Shown: positions 38,734-53,359 of the stretch, piece by piece
Position numbering within the stretch: position 1 is the first letter of the stretch
Layout of the letters: the number at the start of each line of letters is the position of its first letter
Assembly (NCBI GenBank): GCA_001179505.1
Contig: CDMY01000417.1
Span: 18,511-82,510, forward strand
Direction: 5' to 3'
Source of the DNA: Vitrella brassicaformis CCMP3155
Lineage: Eukaryota > Protista > Chromerida
Length of the DNA: 64,000 nt
The notes under the pieces: generated by a model
Seen by the model: the letters and a program-made list of their open reading frames with translations, nothing else
What the model was told of the DNA's origin: nothing
Databases searched by the model: none
Program-made: the position numbers and the translations under genes

Positions 38734-40265
38734 TCAGCATGCCGCCTCCCCCCTCGAGAAATACGCACTCTTCCTGCCTCCGAAAGCCCACCGACACACC
38801 ACGACTGACACATGCAGCAGAATCCCCCCACCAAATGACAGCCCAAACAGCGCCCAGAAGAGGCGTTCATTGCGAAACCATTCGTCCTCCAGCCTCTTGT
38901 CTGGGAGATCCGCCCACAGAATAAACATCTGGTTCCTCTCCCGCGCTATTCTCGCCTTCATCTGCTCTGCGATGCTGTGGCTGCCGTCATAAAATGCGTC
39001 GGGCATGTCTCGAGTCGTTCTGAAGCTCCAGAGCGGCGCGGCGATGGCGTCAAGGAAGGCGACTCGCTGTGGGTTGTCCCTCAGAAGACGGTAGTTGATG
39101 CCCCCACGGACCCCGCCATCCTCACACACGCTCGCACTCTCGCACATGGCGAAGACCTCCAGGTACTCCTTATGGGTATTGGGGCTGGTCCTGCCGATGA
39201 CTGCGCGCATGAGATGCCCGTCCACTCGCACCACCGTCGTGCCGTTCCACACTTGCAGGTCGGCGTCAGTGAAGAGATAAGTATCGCGGTCAGCCGAGGC
39301 GTCCCGAAGGAGGCCCTCGTATGGGTTGAGAGACGGCTGACGGAGGGCCAGGGAGAGGAACGCACCTCCAATCAGTATACTCACCCCCACCAGAAACACA
39401 CCTGCGATAGAATTCCCCAATTGTCAGACACACATACAGTTTCTTTCTTTCTTGTCTCTTGTACAAACCAGCAGGCCAGGAGAGCACTCCAGCGGCGTTG
39501 GCGACACCCAGCTCCCTCCGAAAGACCACTGCACGGATCGCGAAGCCAAGCATCACCAAGGGGCTCAAGACCATCCCAAAGAATAAGTGTAAGGCACCAG
39601 GAAGAGTCTTAACAAAGCACAGCCCATACACACACGCACAAACTATGCCCCAGACAACATAGGCCCTCAGCTCCGGTACGATGAACGCCCGAAATCCCAT
39701 CGAGAGAGTGAAAAGCCGCTTGCACGACGCCCAGTCACATCGATACGGTCGGTGTAGCCGGACGCTGTGGGGCCCCTGCCGCACCGTTGTCTCTTCAAAG
39801 CTGACATGCGGCCTAATGGGCGGCCGCACATCGTGATGGCCATCGTCGTCAGCCGGGTCTTCGCTTCGTGGCGACGAGACAACGATGTGTGAGGGGAAAG
39901 GTGGAGGGGCGACAAGGCCGCGATGCAAGAGCTCATTTCGCCATAAGTCGGGCTGGGCAACATGCTCGGGGAAGAACGACTCGAACTGGACACTGCCTGC
40001 GATGAGGAAAGCAAAACAAGAAAGGAAAACATACGCGACGGCAGCCGAATGTGTGATTACCTGGTGGCGATGCCGGTGTGTGTTGTGGGATGGGCGACGG
40101 GGCCTCAGAAAGGCGGTGTCCGGGTGTGTCGCTGAGGACCTGGAGACTCTCTCGATGCCCGCGTTCGGTGTGGGTGAACGCCGACACAGCGGGGCTTGCC
40201 ACCTCACTCGCGGGCGGTGCATGAATTGAGATGTCAGCTTGTTGGGCCGCTGCCCTGTTCTCCAT
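38734..40265 (-). CDS. Unknown multi-pass membrane protein (3 exons)
   Basis: In-phase splicing gives MENRAAAQ...PPG|SVQFESFF...WPAG|VFLVGVSILIGG... It has several hydrophobic segments and a GC3-biased soluble domain. No family recognised. Confidence 0.65.
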
Positions 40266-40340
40266 CTCTTTTCCTCTGCACGTGACCCCAGTCTCGGGAT
40301 GCCGGAATTGAGGGGGAGCGCGGAAACAACACGTCACAAC

Positions 40341-42311
40341 ATGAATCTCGTGAGGGCTCTGCAGTGCCTTTTCTCATGGGCGTGTCTGGGAGCATTCATT
40401 CCGCATCTGAGGGATCACATCCAGCGGTCCCCGGCCGGCCAGCTGCTGTCCTTTATCGACAAGACCTTCCGCAGCATCCACAAGGGCACGCGAACAGCCG
40501 TTGAGCACCGCCACCGCCATGGCCGCAGCGCGCTGCCACGCCGCTGGAACGAGAAGCGCCGGGCTCCCGTGACCGATGTGTTGCCGCAATGCATTTGGCC
40601 CGCCTACAACAGAACGGTAGCTCGTGCATCCCTCAATGCGGAACATACACAGACGGTAGGTAATTCAATCCACTGACGGACGCAGAATTGTCATGGATTG
40701 GATGGTGGAGCACAGCATTTGATGGAATGGATTGGTTTGATGGCTGTTGGTTTGGTCTTTGTGTTTTGTCCAGGTGCACGATGAAGATGTCTGCCTGCGC
40801 CGCGCCATGACCTACTTGTTCTTCTCGCACGGCCCCATCGCCAGCCCCGCCAGACCCCCGATCACCCAAGACGCACCATGCGACCATCACAGCGACCCCG
40901 AAGAGCCAATCCCAGCCATGAGACCCCGTCCGTTCCAGCGCCGTAGACACCCACATGCCGTTCGCCGACAAACTGACCCTCTGCTGCGCATCGGGAGGGT
41001 CGTGTTTGAGCAGATAAGGGGATTCGTCAAGAGGAGCAACACCGCAGCCAGTGGGCAGCAGCCGCAAGAGCAGCAGCAGCAGCAGCATGACGAGCATGAC
41101 CTTCTCATGGAGGAGGGAGGGGGGTTCAATAAGACAGTGCCCAACGACACATCGGTGGAGAGCGTCATCAGCGGCCTGGCCACACTGCTGGGCAAGCACC
41201 AGGGGAAGGAGAGCCCACACCACGATCACCTGGACGTAGAGATCCCGACTGCCAAGGGATGGGTCCCCTCTCCTACCTGCGCCGTCCATGTGCCGATGAG
41301 CAGTACGGCTCTCCACCTCTCACGGGAGCTGATCTTCTATATTTTGCCGGTGGTGGTGGTCGCTGTGATCATTACCGCGGGCATCTTCTACGCCGTTGGC
41401 CGGCAGCAGAGAGGGTGGGAGAGAGGGGGAGGCAGAGGCACCAGGCCGCCAGAGGCTGCTGCCACTCGGCAGCGAAGGGGGCAGCCCGACGTGCCGTTCG
41501 GCCACATGGCGCGGCACATCGTCAAGTTAGAGACACGACTGTAAGACGGAAAGGACAAGAAGCCGTCTACGCACGAGTGAGTGTGGGTCTGTTGGTGTGT
41601 CAGTAAGGAGCAGGAGAAAGAGGCGGAGGAGATGCACCGGCGGAGCCTAGAGCCATATCGCAAGACGCTGTCTGTCCGCGAGCAGCAGATCCGGGAGCTG
41701 ACGGAGCTGTGCTCACAGCAGACAGAGGAGATACATAGCGAGAAGGCCAAGTACGAGACGCAGATCGACCGACTACACGCCGAGCTGGTCAGTCAGGGGG
41801 GACACACACACAGTCGCGTCTCATGCTCCTCAACTCCCACATGTGTCTGTTCTGTCAGGAGCAGCAGAAGAAGGAGTACATCAAGTTACAGAAAAACTAC
41901 GACTCCATCCTAGAGGTAGCTGAGCAGCACAGCCAGACCGGCACCCCTACTGCACAAAGCTAGCTTCCTCATTTTCCCTGCCTCTTCACTTGTCAGTTCA
42001 ACACGAACCTGGAGCAGCAGCTGAGCAAAGCCTCCGGGCGACCCCTCTCCGAGCACGCCCAGATCCATCACCACCCCTCACCCCCACCGTCCATGTCGCA
42101 GCTGCGGGCCCCTCGCATCATGGTCACGCACCAGCACACCAGGCTGGCCAAGACCACAACCACAGCAACCATCAGCAGCACGCAGGAGACGTCTGTGACA
42201 CCGCCCCCCGAGGATGGGGGCGAGGGTGGGGGTGCGTGTGGCGGCAGGGAGAGGGAGAGGGAGGGCAAGAAGGAGGAGGACGGCCGGTGCTGTAGCAGGG
42301 AGTGCATGTAG
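40341..42311 (+). CDS. Unknown protein with signal peptide, one transmembrane helix and a coiled coil (possible plastid membrane protein)
   Basis: MNLVRALQCLFSWACLG-AFIP leader, TM IFYILPVVVVAVIITAGIFYAV, coiled-coil exons KEQEKEAEEM...QIDRLHAEL. The 3' end is tentative. Confidence 0.65.
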
Positions 42312-42717
42312 AGGGAGGGAGGGGCGAGAGGGGAGGGAGGGAGGGAGGGAGGGGAGAGAGCGCTTTTTGTCACGGGGGATGTTTTTGTCAAGAGAGACTA
42401 GACCGTACCTGTAAGTGTATTCAACGTATTGCTGTCGTTTTGTACACTAGCCACTTGTCGCATCATTACGTGTATGTCTGCGTGTGTGTGTGTGTGTATG
42501 TATCGGCCGCCCCGTGTTTTGTTTGTGTACATAGCTCTTGTTTGCTCAAGAGGCCGACCCGACCCGCATCCATCCACCTATTCGTGCCACCCCACCCAGC
42601 CCAGCCAGAGAGAGACAGCTAGCTGCCTGCGAGGATAATACATACGATAGATAATTCAATCATCAACACGTCCGTCCACCACACACACACGTCTGCATCA
42701 CTTCATCCATCCATCCA

Positions 42718-45700
42718 TCAGTCTTCTTCTGGTTGTATGAACCGAGACTTTCCCGCCCGCTGAGGTCCAGGAGCGGGCGGCCCGCTCGGCTGCCCCCTCC
42801 CTCTACCGCCCCCACCCCGCCCCCCACCACCCCGCCCGTACGGCCGCTGCTTCGTGACCGCCACATACATCTGAAGGACCAGACCACCGAAGGCATTCAC
42901 ACACTTACATACTTGGGACGGATGCACACATGGCGTGTGTTGTCCTTCCCTTGCTCGCTCACTCACCGGTTTCCTCTTGACGTGCCCCAGTGGGCCGTGA
43001 GGGTTGAGCCGCGCAGTGTCGGCAGCAGCGAAGGCCGACTGGGGAGAGAGCACCGTCACACCCTGCCGAGAAAAGCGCAGGAGTGTGTGTGTGTGTGCGT
43101 GAGTGAGTGATGCATGCCTGTGGAGATCCGCCAGGCTGGGGCATCAACATCCGCCTCATCGAGCCGGCAACATCACGCTGACCACACACATACAGACACC
43201 CCCACCCTTCTGTGCATCATGTGTCTTTGTCCCTCCCTCCCTCCCTCCCTCGGTCCCTCTCTGACCCGTTCGTCCTGGTGGAAGTTCTCGACCCTGCCCT
43301 TGACGAACATCTTGAGCTGCTCCCTCTCCTGCTGCTCAGCCAGCTCGGCCTCCCGCTGGGCCTCCTCACGACGCATCGTGTGCGACCACAGCTGGTGGCC
43401 CTGCGGCACCGGCAGCGGCTTCACGCTGTACTTGCTGTGACCTGACACATCGACACATACACAGACGGTGGACACAGACATGGGGAGGGAGGGAGGGAGG
43501 GAGGGAGGGAGAGAGTGGCGGTGGATGTGCCATATGTGGTGGTGGTTGTGGTGGCTGGGTGACCCTTCTTTGTGACGAGCTTGAGCGACGGTTGGTGGCC
43601 CCTTGCGGGGCTGGTCGGGGAGGCGTCCCTGCTGTCACTCTCGCCACCATCCTGACCACACACACACACACAGGCGCATCGCATACACACACATACACTA
43701 CACATACAGAGTGGCTGCGTCGGTCCCTTGTGTGTGAGGTGCAGTGAGTGCTTGGCCGACCTCTCCCCGTTTGATGAGTGACGAGGGCGGCAGTCGTATC
43801 TCATCTGCCTTGGACCTGGCGAACTTGGCGGTCTCGATGCTCTCCTGCACCATGCTGTTGAGCTCCTTCTCAAACCAATCCTCCTGGAAACAAGAAACGA
43901 TATCACGCATATATCGCATCGCCTGAAGGGCTGTGCGTAGGCGTGGCTCGCCCCGCCCCGCCCGCACTGACCTCTTCGTCATGGTGCTCGCCTCGGTCGT
44001 AGTCTGGGTCCCTCTCGTCGTCGTCAAAGTACTCATCCTCTGCCCACAACACACAATACAAATACACACGGGGTGGATGAGATGAGAGAGAGAGGTGGGT
44101 GGGATGGGTGCATGGCAGAGTGAGTACCTTGTTCCTCTTCGTCTGCCTCGTTGTCCTGGTCGGTCTCCACCTCGTCGCCCGTCTCGTACTCACCCTCTCC
44201 CTCCCCCTCGCCCTCCTCCTGACACACACACACATGGATGCGTCGACACGTTCATCTCATCGATGGCACATGTCATGTCTGTCTAGGGGTTGGCGACTGA
44301 CGGACCTCTTCGTCCCGTTGGTCAAGCATGCCCTGTTCCCTGAGCTGCTCGCTCTCCTGCTTGAGGATCTCGCGCAGCTCGCTGTCAACCTCGCCTATCG
44401 AATCGTACCTGAACCGCATCCATCCATCGATCGGCCGACAGACAGAGGTGCGTGTGCCGGCCTTGCCGGGGGGCATGGCATGACTGCCTGACTGATGGCT
44501 TAGCTTACCGCCTCAGCTTCGGCCGCAGCTCGCCGAGCGTGTCACGCACCATGTACTCCACCCGCATCGGCAACGGGGCCTGCAGCCCAACCGCATCCAT
44601 CCATCCATCCATCCACACATCGACATGGCACGGATGAATGGACTGCAGCCATCCCTCCATCCATCCCTCCCTACCTTGATGAGGCAGTATCGCTGGAAGA
44701 AGACCAGGAAGCGGTCCATCTTGTGTCGGGCGGGACCTCGCTCGAAGTAGGCCCCGCACGTGTCCAGCATAATGCACACCAGCTTCAGACGGAAATAGTC
44801 GCCCGGCGGGTCCTCCGGCGAACAGGGGTTCCAAAACGTGTTCTGATCCCACCCTACACACACCACACACACTGATGCGATCCCTTACGCCTTTCCCATC
44901 CCATGTGCGCAGTGCGGGCGCACCGCACCGACCTGTGAATTTTGGGTCAGCTTCATCGTCCTGCGTTTCGGGTATGCTGGCCAGAGAGGCCTGGAGCCTG
45001 GCGAGGCTGGCGTCCAGCAGCTTGTGGGCGGCGATGAGCTGCCCGACGTGGTGGGAGGAGGGGCCGCCGAAACCGATCAGGTGGTAGAGCGTGTCGAAGA
45101 TCACCGACGAGTCCGCCAGCCTGTGGGTCGTGTCGGCAGAACAGAACACACACACATGGGTGGGTGAGTGAGTGTCGCCATGCCATCCATGTGCAGACAC
45201 CTCTACGACACGTATGTACCGGTAGTTGTATAGCTCGCCGAGGAGCTTGACTTGCCGCACGCGAGAGGGCAGCTCGCGGAAGTCGTTGCGCTCCATGCCA
45301 ACCTACAAAAATGAATGACCACACGCATCCATCCATCCATCCATGTGACCCCTGCCCGCCTGCCTCTCAGGTAAGGTACTCAACTTATTTACCTGTATGT
45401 CCTCTGTGAGCTGGTCGATGACGTCGATGACGAATGCGTCACGGTACCGGGCCAGCCCGGCCAGCAGACACGCCAGCTGGTGGATGGACTCGTAGTTGAC
45501 GTTCATACCCAAATCTGCACACACACACACAGACAGACAGACAGACAGGGTGGATGTTGTGGGTGGGGTGGGTGGGGTGGGAGAGGAGAGTGGGTCTCCT
45601 GTGGGGGGCGGTGTGGGTGTGTGGTGGATTATCGGGCTGACCGAGTATGTCCTTCTTGAGCCACTTGACGACCTGCTCGTTCTGCCACGGCAGCTTGCGC

Positions 45701-48700
45701 ACCAGCTTCAGCACCTTGTCGCTCTCGTCGTCACTGGAGGACACACATGAGGAAGGACACAAAACACCACACGCATCCATCCATCCATCCCCCCCTCCCT
45801 CCCTCCGCTGCATAATTTACTCACTCGTAAAGGTTGACGAAAATGAGGCGGTCGATGAATCGTCTCATGGGTGGCTTTTCCTTCTTGGGCCGCACCTTCC
45901 TGTCGGAGGGTTTGACATGCAGGTGTGCCTCGTCGAGCATGATCTCCAGGCGGTACTGCAGGTTCTTGACGTTCTTGAGACGCTGCATCTTGTCAAGGAG
46001 GTTCTGGAAACGGGTACTCGTCTCGGGAGTGTACAGCAGGTAACGGCCACACACCTGGCCAGGTACGCAGAGCAGACCACACAGGGGGAACGGCACTCTC
46101 TCTCTCTCTCTCTGTCTGGCTGTGTGTGTAGGGGGGAGGGTGGGTGCCCTACCTGCAGCAGGTGCACTGCCATTTCTGCGTGGTGCGGCGTGAGGTCCTC
46201 GATGAGGCTGTTGAAGTAGTCCATCATGACCCCCGGCGGACACACGCCACACTTGCACAGCTCGCTCAGGTAACGCACATTCTTCACCTTGCTCTCCAGC
46301 TGAGCACATCGACACACAGACACACAACACACAACGCCATTCACACACATGTGCTGTGGGGAATGCTGCCGTCGATTCTCTCTCTCTCTGTGNNNNNNNN
46401 NNNNNNNNNNNNNNNNNNNNNNNNNNNNNNNNNNNNNNNNNNNNNNNNNNNNNNNNNNNNNNNNNNNNNNNNNNNNNNNNNNNNNNNNNNNNNNNNNNNN
46501 NNNNNNNNNNNNNNNNNNNNNNNNNNNNNNNNNNNNNNNNNNNNNNNNNNNNNNNNNNNNNNNNNNNNNNNNNNNNNNNNNNNNNNNNNNNNNNNNNNNN
46601 NNNNNNNNNNNNNNNNNNNNNNNNNNNNNNNNNNNNNNNNNNNNNNNNNNNNNNNNNNNNNNNNNNNNNNNNNNNNNNNNNNNNNNNNNNNNCGGGGGGA
46701 TTGTGGTGTGCGTACGTCGACAGGGTCCTTTGTGGCGGTGTATTTCGTGAAGTCGGCCCTCAGTTTCTCGACCACACCTTGCCCCACCTCCTTGCTGTAG
46801 GGCGAGATGGTGGCCACCAGACGGGCGAAGAAGGGCAGCAACGCCAGATTCACACCGTACGTGTCCGACAACATCTGTGTGATTTTGTTCCTGTTGCTCT
46901 TGGTGCAGAGGTGGAAGAACTCCACGGCGAGGTCGTCGACGGCCTCCCTCTTCTCGATGGTCTTGATCTTGTTGAGGTAGGCGGCGATCTTGCCCTGGTT
47001 CCGCTTGCGCACCTTCTTGAAGTTGAGCCGCTTCCTCTCGCCGTCGGGGCCCGTCGAGGGGCTGCCGGGGCCGGGGCCGCCGGCCTGGGAGGGGGATGCT
47101 GCTGACGCTGGTGCTGACGCTGCTGCTGCTGCTGCTGATGGGGGGCTGGATGCGTCCTTGGCTGCTGCGGTGGGTGAGTCGTCATCGGCCGTGTCATCGT
47201 CTTGCTCGTCGTCACCTGCACGGTGGGTGGATCCACGGTAGATCCATGGATCGGTTGGGTGAGTGAGTGAGTGCTGTTCTCTCCCTTTATATATTTGCGG
47301 CTGGTCTGTCTGGTTTGCGGGTGCAATGTATTGCAGGCAGTGCGTGCAGTACCTTCCTCGTCTTCATTGTCATCGTCACCGCCAGCCTGACAGGACATAC
47401 GGTCACACAGACAGAAGGGCAGAAGAATGAATGGGACACGTGTGTGTTTGTGTGTCCATGCACATGTTCGTGTTGTGTCGTGTCCACTCCACTCTCTCCT
47501 CTCCTCTCCTCTCCTCTCCTCTCTCTGTCTGACCTCAGGTTTGTCCTCCACGCGTATCCTCAGCAGCTCCGGCGGCACCTTGTCCTTCAGGTCGACCAAA
47601 TCCTCGTAAAACGACCTGCAATGCAACCACCACACATCAACTCAACCAACATACACCACACCACACCACACCGGCCCTGCCTTCTCTCTCCCTCTCTCCT
47701 CCCTGCGATCGGATCGACTCACCCACCTGTCGGCTTCATCCTCCCATTTCAGGTTGGCGTCGGCCCCCTCACTCTCGCCCTCCCCGCCAGCAGCAGCGGC
47801 GTCCTCTCCCGGCGCCTTGAGTCTTGTGGCAGGCCCAGCGGGGCCCTTGGTGTCGGCCTCCCTCTCCTGCAGCTCGGGCATCGGCAGGTCGAGCAGCTCG
47901 CTCAGGGCAGCCAGGTAGGTCTCCACCTTGCTGAAGGTCGCCTGCAAAGACTGGTACTTCTGCTCGTCTTCGGGGGGAATCTCCCCTGCACACACACATA
48001 CACGGAGAGAGAGAGAGAGAGACGATGGGCGCGTGTGTGTGGTGTGAGGTGACTGGCCTGCCGACCTTTGTATATCTTGAGCTGTTGGTTGCGGCTTTCC
48101 TGTTCCATGAAGTCCTTGTGGCAGTTGACGAGCACCTCCCGCGCCTCGCTGCGGTAAAACTCGCTGATAATACCGCTCAGTCGGTTCATCACCTCCCCGT
48201 CTGCACACACCTCCCTCTCCCTCTCCCTCTCCCACTCACCACCGCTGCTACCATCGCCACTCTGGCGCCTCCCAGCAGCGCCCAGCAGTGGGCCAGCGAA
48301 CCTCTTGCAGAAGCTCTCGAGGATGGACAGGTGCTGCATGCAGTCGTCGCGCGTCTTGCCCTTGCCGGGGCTGCACACGTCCTTGAGCATCGATGCAATC
48401 GGCCCCGCATCAGGGCAGATGCCCGTCAGGTACAGCTCGCTGTAGAGCCGCAGGCAGACCTTCTTGCGCGCACTAGCCGACTGGTCGGCAGACCCCTCGG
48501 TGGTGGTGGTGAAGCTCTTGACGATGGCGTCCTTGAGGGCGCGGCTGAAATCCTCATACTCGGCGTGCATGTGCATGGCGAACTCGACGGCGGCCGCAAC
48601 GTCCTTGAGCTTGAAGTTGCATTCGCCCAGCAGCTGGCCGATCTCTGACGTGTACATGGAGAGGTTGAGCTTGCGGCTCTCGTCCAGCAGGGCCGACTTG

Positions 48701-48906
48701 TCGGCGTCGGCGAACCGCCTCAGCCGGTTGGTGAACTTCTGGATCTTGGCGATGCTCTTGTCCCGCTTGCCGAGGTCCTGCCGCCCTTCCGCCGCCACCT
48801 TGGCGCACTTCTCCCGCAGCTCTGCCCGCCACTTGTCGTCCTTGAGCTCCTCGGCCGCTGCTTTCGATGCAGCCGCCGCATCTTCCTTCGATGCTGGCGA
48901 CGTCAT
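42718..48906 (-). CDS. UPF2: Regulator of nonsense transcripts 2 (UPF2), multi-exon, spans an assembly gap
   Basis: MIF4G repeats (DKSIAKIQKF, LNLSMYTSEI, KVKNVRYLSELCK, HQLACLLAGLARY, RVRQVKLLGELYNYR, DYFRLKLVCIMLDTCG), an acidic region, and C-terminal FEKELNSMVQESI. Confidence 0.95.
46393..46692. other. Assembly gap (300 N)
   Basis: Run of N. Confidence 1.
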
Positions 48907-49147
48907 GTCTGCTTATTCTCGGCTTTGGGCGTGTAGATAGATGCGTCACATTGCCCAGCGCTTGCCTGCTTGTTGAAAAGCTCGCATGATGGAACGCCTA
49001 TCGACTCAGAAAGAGGCGTGGAGGCGGCTTTGGAGGCCCTGTGGAGGCCGATTATTGTGCGCACAGACAGCTGCAATCGAGAAACGAGGGAGCTGAGGCG
49101 TTCCTTACGTTGCGGCGAGAGGAGTTGTGGATGTTTGGGGCGGGATA

Positions 49148-50999
49148 ATGGGCGAGAGGGGAGTGTGGCTGGTCCCCGACCCTTGCGGACTCTTCTGCTC
49201 TTCAGTGGTAGGTATGGGAAGACACACAAACAAACACAGAAAGCAGAGAGAGGCACACGCCTGTCCGTGTGTGTGGTTTCAGGCCTGGTTTCTGATCTTC
49301 TTCGCTGACTATGTGACGTGTGTGGGCATCGTCTGGCCATGGTAGAGCAAACAAACGGGGGGAGAACTACGCAAATGCGCTTAATTGTCGTTGCTGTGTG
49401 TCTGCCTTTCCCCCTGTTCCACAGGTTGGAGCAGACCCGTCTGCTGCACATCGCCGTTTTGAACTTTTGGGCGGGGATGGCCATCGTCAGCCAGCTGGTC
49501 TGCATGCTCACCGACCCGGGCGCAATTGCCAAACCCACTCGTACGGCCATCCATCCATCTGCACAGCCACAGGCAGGCAGAGGGAGATGTTTGGTTGTGT
49601 TGTGGTCGGTCAGCTGATTCCGAGAACAAGGAGCTGGAGTCGCAGGACAACTCTGGGATGCGTCGGTGCCTCAAGTGTGGCGGCATCAAGCCGTTCAGGG
49701 CCCACCACTGCAGTGTCTGCCAGCGGTGCATCATGCTCATGGACCACCACTGCCCATGGGTAGGTAGCCTGGTGGGTGGGTGGCGGGACGGACGGACTGG
49801 CAATGGTATGCGATGCGTGTGTGTGCACTCGTGTTGGCTGGCTGGCTGCACTGACTGCAGGTGAACAATTGTGTGGGCATGTACAACCAGAAGCACTTCC
49901 TGCTCTTCCTCCTGGTGCGCAGCGCATGACATGGGGGGATGGCATGCATGGGATGGACGAATGAAGGGGTCACTGCACTGCACCCGACAGAGAAAGCCAC
50001 GCCACGTGGGCACACACAGTCTGTCTTTGTCTATCTATCGCGTTTGCTCGGTTGCAATGAATGCAGTACGTGCTGTTTATGAGTATCCACGTGATGATCC
50101 TGCTGATTGCACGGGTCGTCAGCTGCGCCTCATTCGACTACACGTACACACACACACACACACACACAGGCGGACAACACCGCGAGGAGAGCAATCCAGT
50201 GCAGTGTGTCTGTGTGTCTGTGTTGTGCCTGTCAGACACAAGCGCGATTACTGGCGGGCGAGGCGGCGAAACCCCTCACCCTTCCAATCGCCGGTGGGCA
50301 ACACACATACACACACACACACATGGCCGTCTGTCCGCCCGTGTGATGGCCCCGCCCCCCACATATCCCCCCTGCGCTGCGTGTTTGGATGATGATGGCT
50401 TGCCTGTGTGTGTGCGTGGCGGTGTGTGCGGTTGGCCGTGTGCATGTCGACGGACTGCCTGTCTGGCTGGCTGGCTGGCTGGTTGGTCGATCAGAGTGTG
50501 ATTGATGGTATGTTTTCTCAGTGCGAAGTGGCGCCCGCTTTCCTCCTCCTCTATGTGGTAAGGAAGGACAAATGCGGCGCTACATGACATCCAAACCCAT
50601 ACACCCATATGTGTGCGAGTCGAGTCGAGTCGAGTCGATCGTTGGTTCCTCCTTTCTCTCTTCCTTGCCTTCAGATAGTGTTTTTCGAGGCGATTGTGTT
50701 TGGCCTCTTCACTCTTGTCATGTTCTGCGACCAACTCAGCGCCGTATTCTCCAACGCAACGGGTGGGTGGTGGTGGGCCGTCGGACGACAGCACACACAC
50801 ACACACGCGAGCAGTCGGACACACATCATGATTCATGATGTGTAAATGTTGCAGGTATAGACCAGCTGCAGAACACTGCCGGCCCGCAGCGGTCGACATG
50901 CGAGGCTCTCCGACAAGTCTTCGGAACGCCTTTGTCCATCTACTGGTACCCATCCCCAGACCACACACAACATACGTGCTTTGGCGTGATCACCATCCC

Positions 51000-51032
<33 letters not shown>

Positions 51033-51462
51033 TGCATGGATCAGGTTTCTGCCCACAGCGGTTCATTTCAGCTTCAAGAAGGGCGGCGAGGATGAGCGCG
51101 AGATGATCCCGTGGATGTCAGACGTCCCCTGGGAGCAGCTGGAGACCCCGCCAAAGGAGTTCTTCAGATCGCGGAGCCCTCTTCTTGCGTGTCGTCATCA
51201 TGACCACTCCTGCCCCTCCTCACACCTACACCCACCCTCCTCGCCCACCAGTCACCCTGCTGCTGCTGCTGACCATTCTCACGCCCACACGCACACACAT
51301 GGCCGTCAGCATCATGGTAATGCATCATGTGGGCATGGCCATGGGTGGCGCGGTGCGAGGCGTGTGTTGCGGATGGTTGTGCGGACGGTGGGGTGGCCGT
51401 GTTATCGGACTAAGAGGAAAGAGCGACACCCTCACCTAGCGCCTACTGCCGTCAAGGCTTGA
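49148..51462 (+). CDS. DHHC-type palmitoyl acyltransferase, multi-exon
   Basis: [56 protein letters not shown], and an N-terminal DPCGLFC with TM segments. Confidence 0.93.
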
Positions 51463-53359
51463 GTGATTGAGTGCGTGCATGCGTGAGACCTGGTTGGTTC
51501 GTATGATAGATACGCTTTATGGTATGGGCAGGGGGCGAGCGGCGTCTCTTTTCCTCTGGCACATGCGATGCATCCATCCATCCATCCATGCCAGCTGGTC
51601 AGGTCAAACCACACACACACACACACACGCACACACACGCACGCACACGTCAGGTCAGCCAGGCCACTGCATCCGTCCATCAAAACATCCATCCACTGTG
51701 GGCACGCGCCATCCCCTGTGCACCGAGACAAACGACATGAGCAATCAAGCACGGCAGCAAGCAAGGCAGCAAGCAAACAAGCCAGTGGGGGCAACAGACA
51801 GACAGACAGACAGGCAGACAGGCAGACAGGCAGCCAGCAGCCACGGAGGGACAATCCATCCATCCATCCAAAACCGGCCCCCTCTCCCTCCCTTCCTCCT
51901 CGCTCACAAATATCTGTGTGTCCGCACAGACAGCACACGTAGAAAAGTGGGTGGCTCCATGCAATGCAATGCATGCAATGCACCGACCGATACCGATAGA
52001 GAGACACATAGATAGCTACACACCCATACAAACCTCCACACCTGCACACACACACAGTGGAGAGGGGGAGAGAGGAGAGGAGGGGGAGGGGAGGGGAGGA
52101 GGGAGGGGAGAGAGAGGCGAGACCTCACTCACTCGTCCATTGCAGAGTACGTGTGGACGAGTGGAGAGGGGGTGGGGGTGGACTGACTGACTGACGTCGA
52201 CGCAGAGAGGGAGGGCGGGATGTATGTTAACACTGAGGTGGGAGACTTTGGTATATGTCTCTTTGCTCCTCTCTCTCTCTCTCTCTGTTTGTCTGTCTGT
52301 GTGAGTGAGGTGTGTCAGTCCGTCGCTCCTTCCTATCCCATCCCCCCATCCACCCGTCCACACACGTGCAGTGCACGGCGTGGCGTGAAAAAGAGAGTAG
52401 CTCCACCCACGTGTCAGCATACACACACACACACACAGACACCACCAACCATTGCACACACAGACAGACAGCACGGCAGCTTAAATCCTAATGGGAACCG
52501 AGAGAGAAGGGAGAGAGATAAGATGTGTGCGAGGAGGAGAAAACCAGCCTGCCTGCCTGATGGCCATGGCCTGCCGGTGGCCCACCAGATTCACCGTACA
52601 AGGGAGGGATACTCAGGAGGGTAGGTAGGCAGCTTACAAAGGGGAAACGGCACTGCCAAGGCAGAAAAGGGACCGTGATCGATACAGACAGACAGACAGA
52701 CAGACAGACAGATCTTGGCAGATAGCTGGATGGGCATGCACTAGGCATGCAATGCCCCCACCCACTATTGGGTGCTGGTCTGTTACAAGGAAGGCGAGGC
52801 CGCTGTGGGAAAGAAGAAACCATGGCATATGAGCCTTAATAGGCGATCGATGTTTGCACCGACCCATCGTGGGACGTGTGCTTGTGTGCCCTGTTACTCA
52901 GTTGTTGCATTACTTGTCAGCCAGCAGCAGCCATCCATCCGATCAGGCAGGCAGACCGTCAACATGCATCTCTCGGCGTGAGTTCTCTCTTTCTCGTCAC
53001 ACATACACACATACACATACACACATAGATGTTGTGTGTGAGCAAAACTGCAGTCGGTCGGTCGGTCGGTCCGTGCAGACCATGCTGTGGGAAAACGATA
53101 GAAGAAGATACAGACGAGCACGGCTGCACTCCCACACACAGACAGACAGGCACACAGACACACACGCACCGAGGCACACACACAGGCCACGAAAACGATC
53201 AAAACTCGGGCTCGCCCTCCCCACCCCCCCTACCCCCACCCCCACACACACTCTCACTGAGCACAAGCACTCACACATGTCTGTCGCTACTAGCTGTGCT
53301 GTCTCGGCTGTTGGGGTATATATTTTATGTGTTGTGATGTGTTGGTTTGTGAGGCCTAG

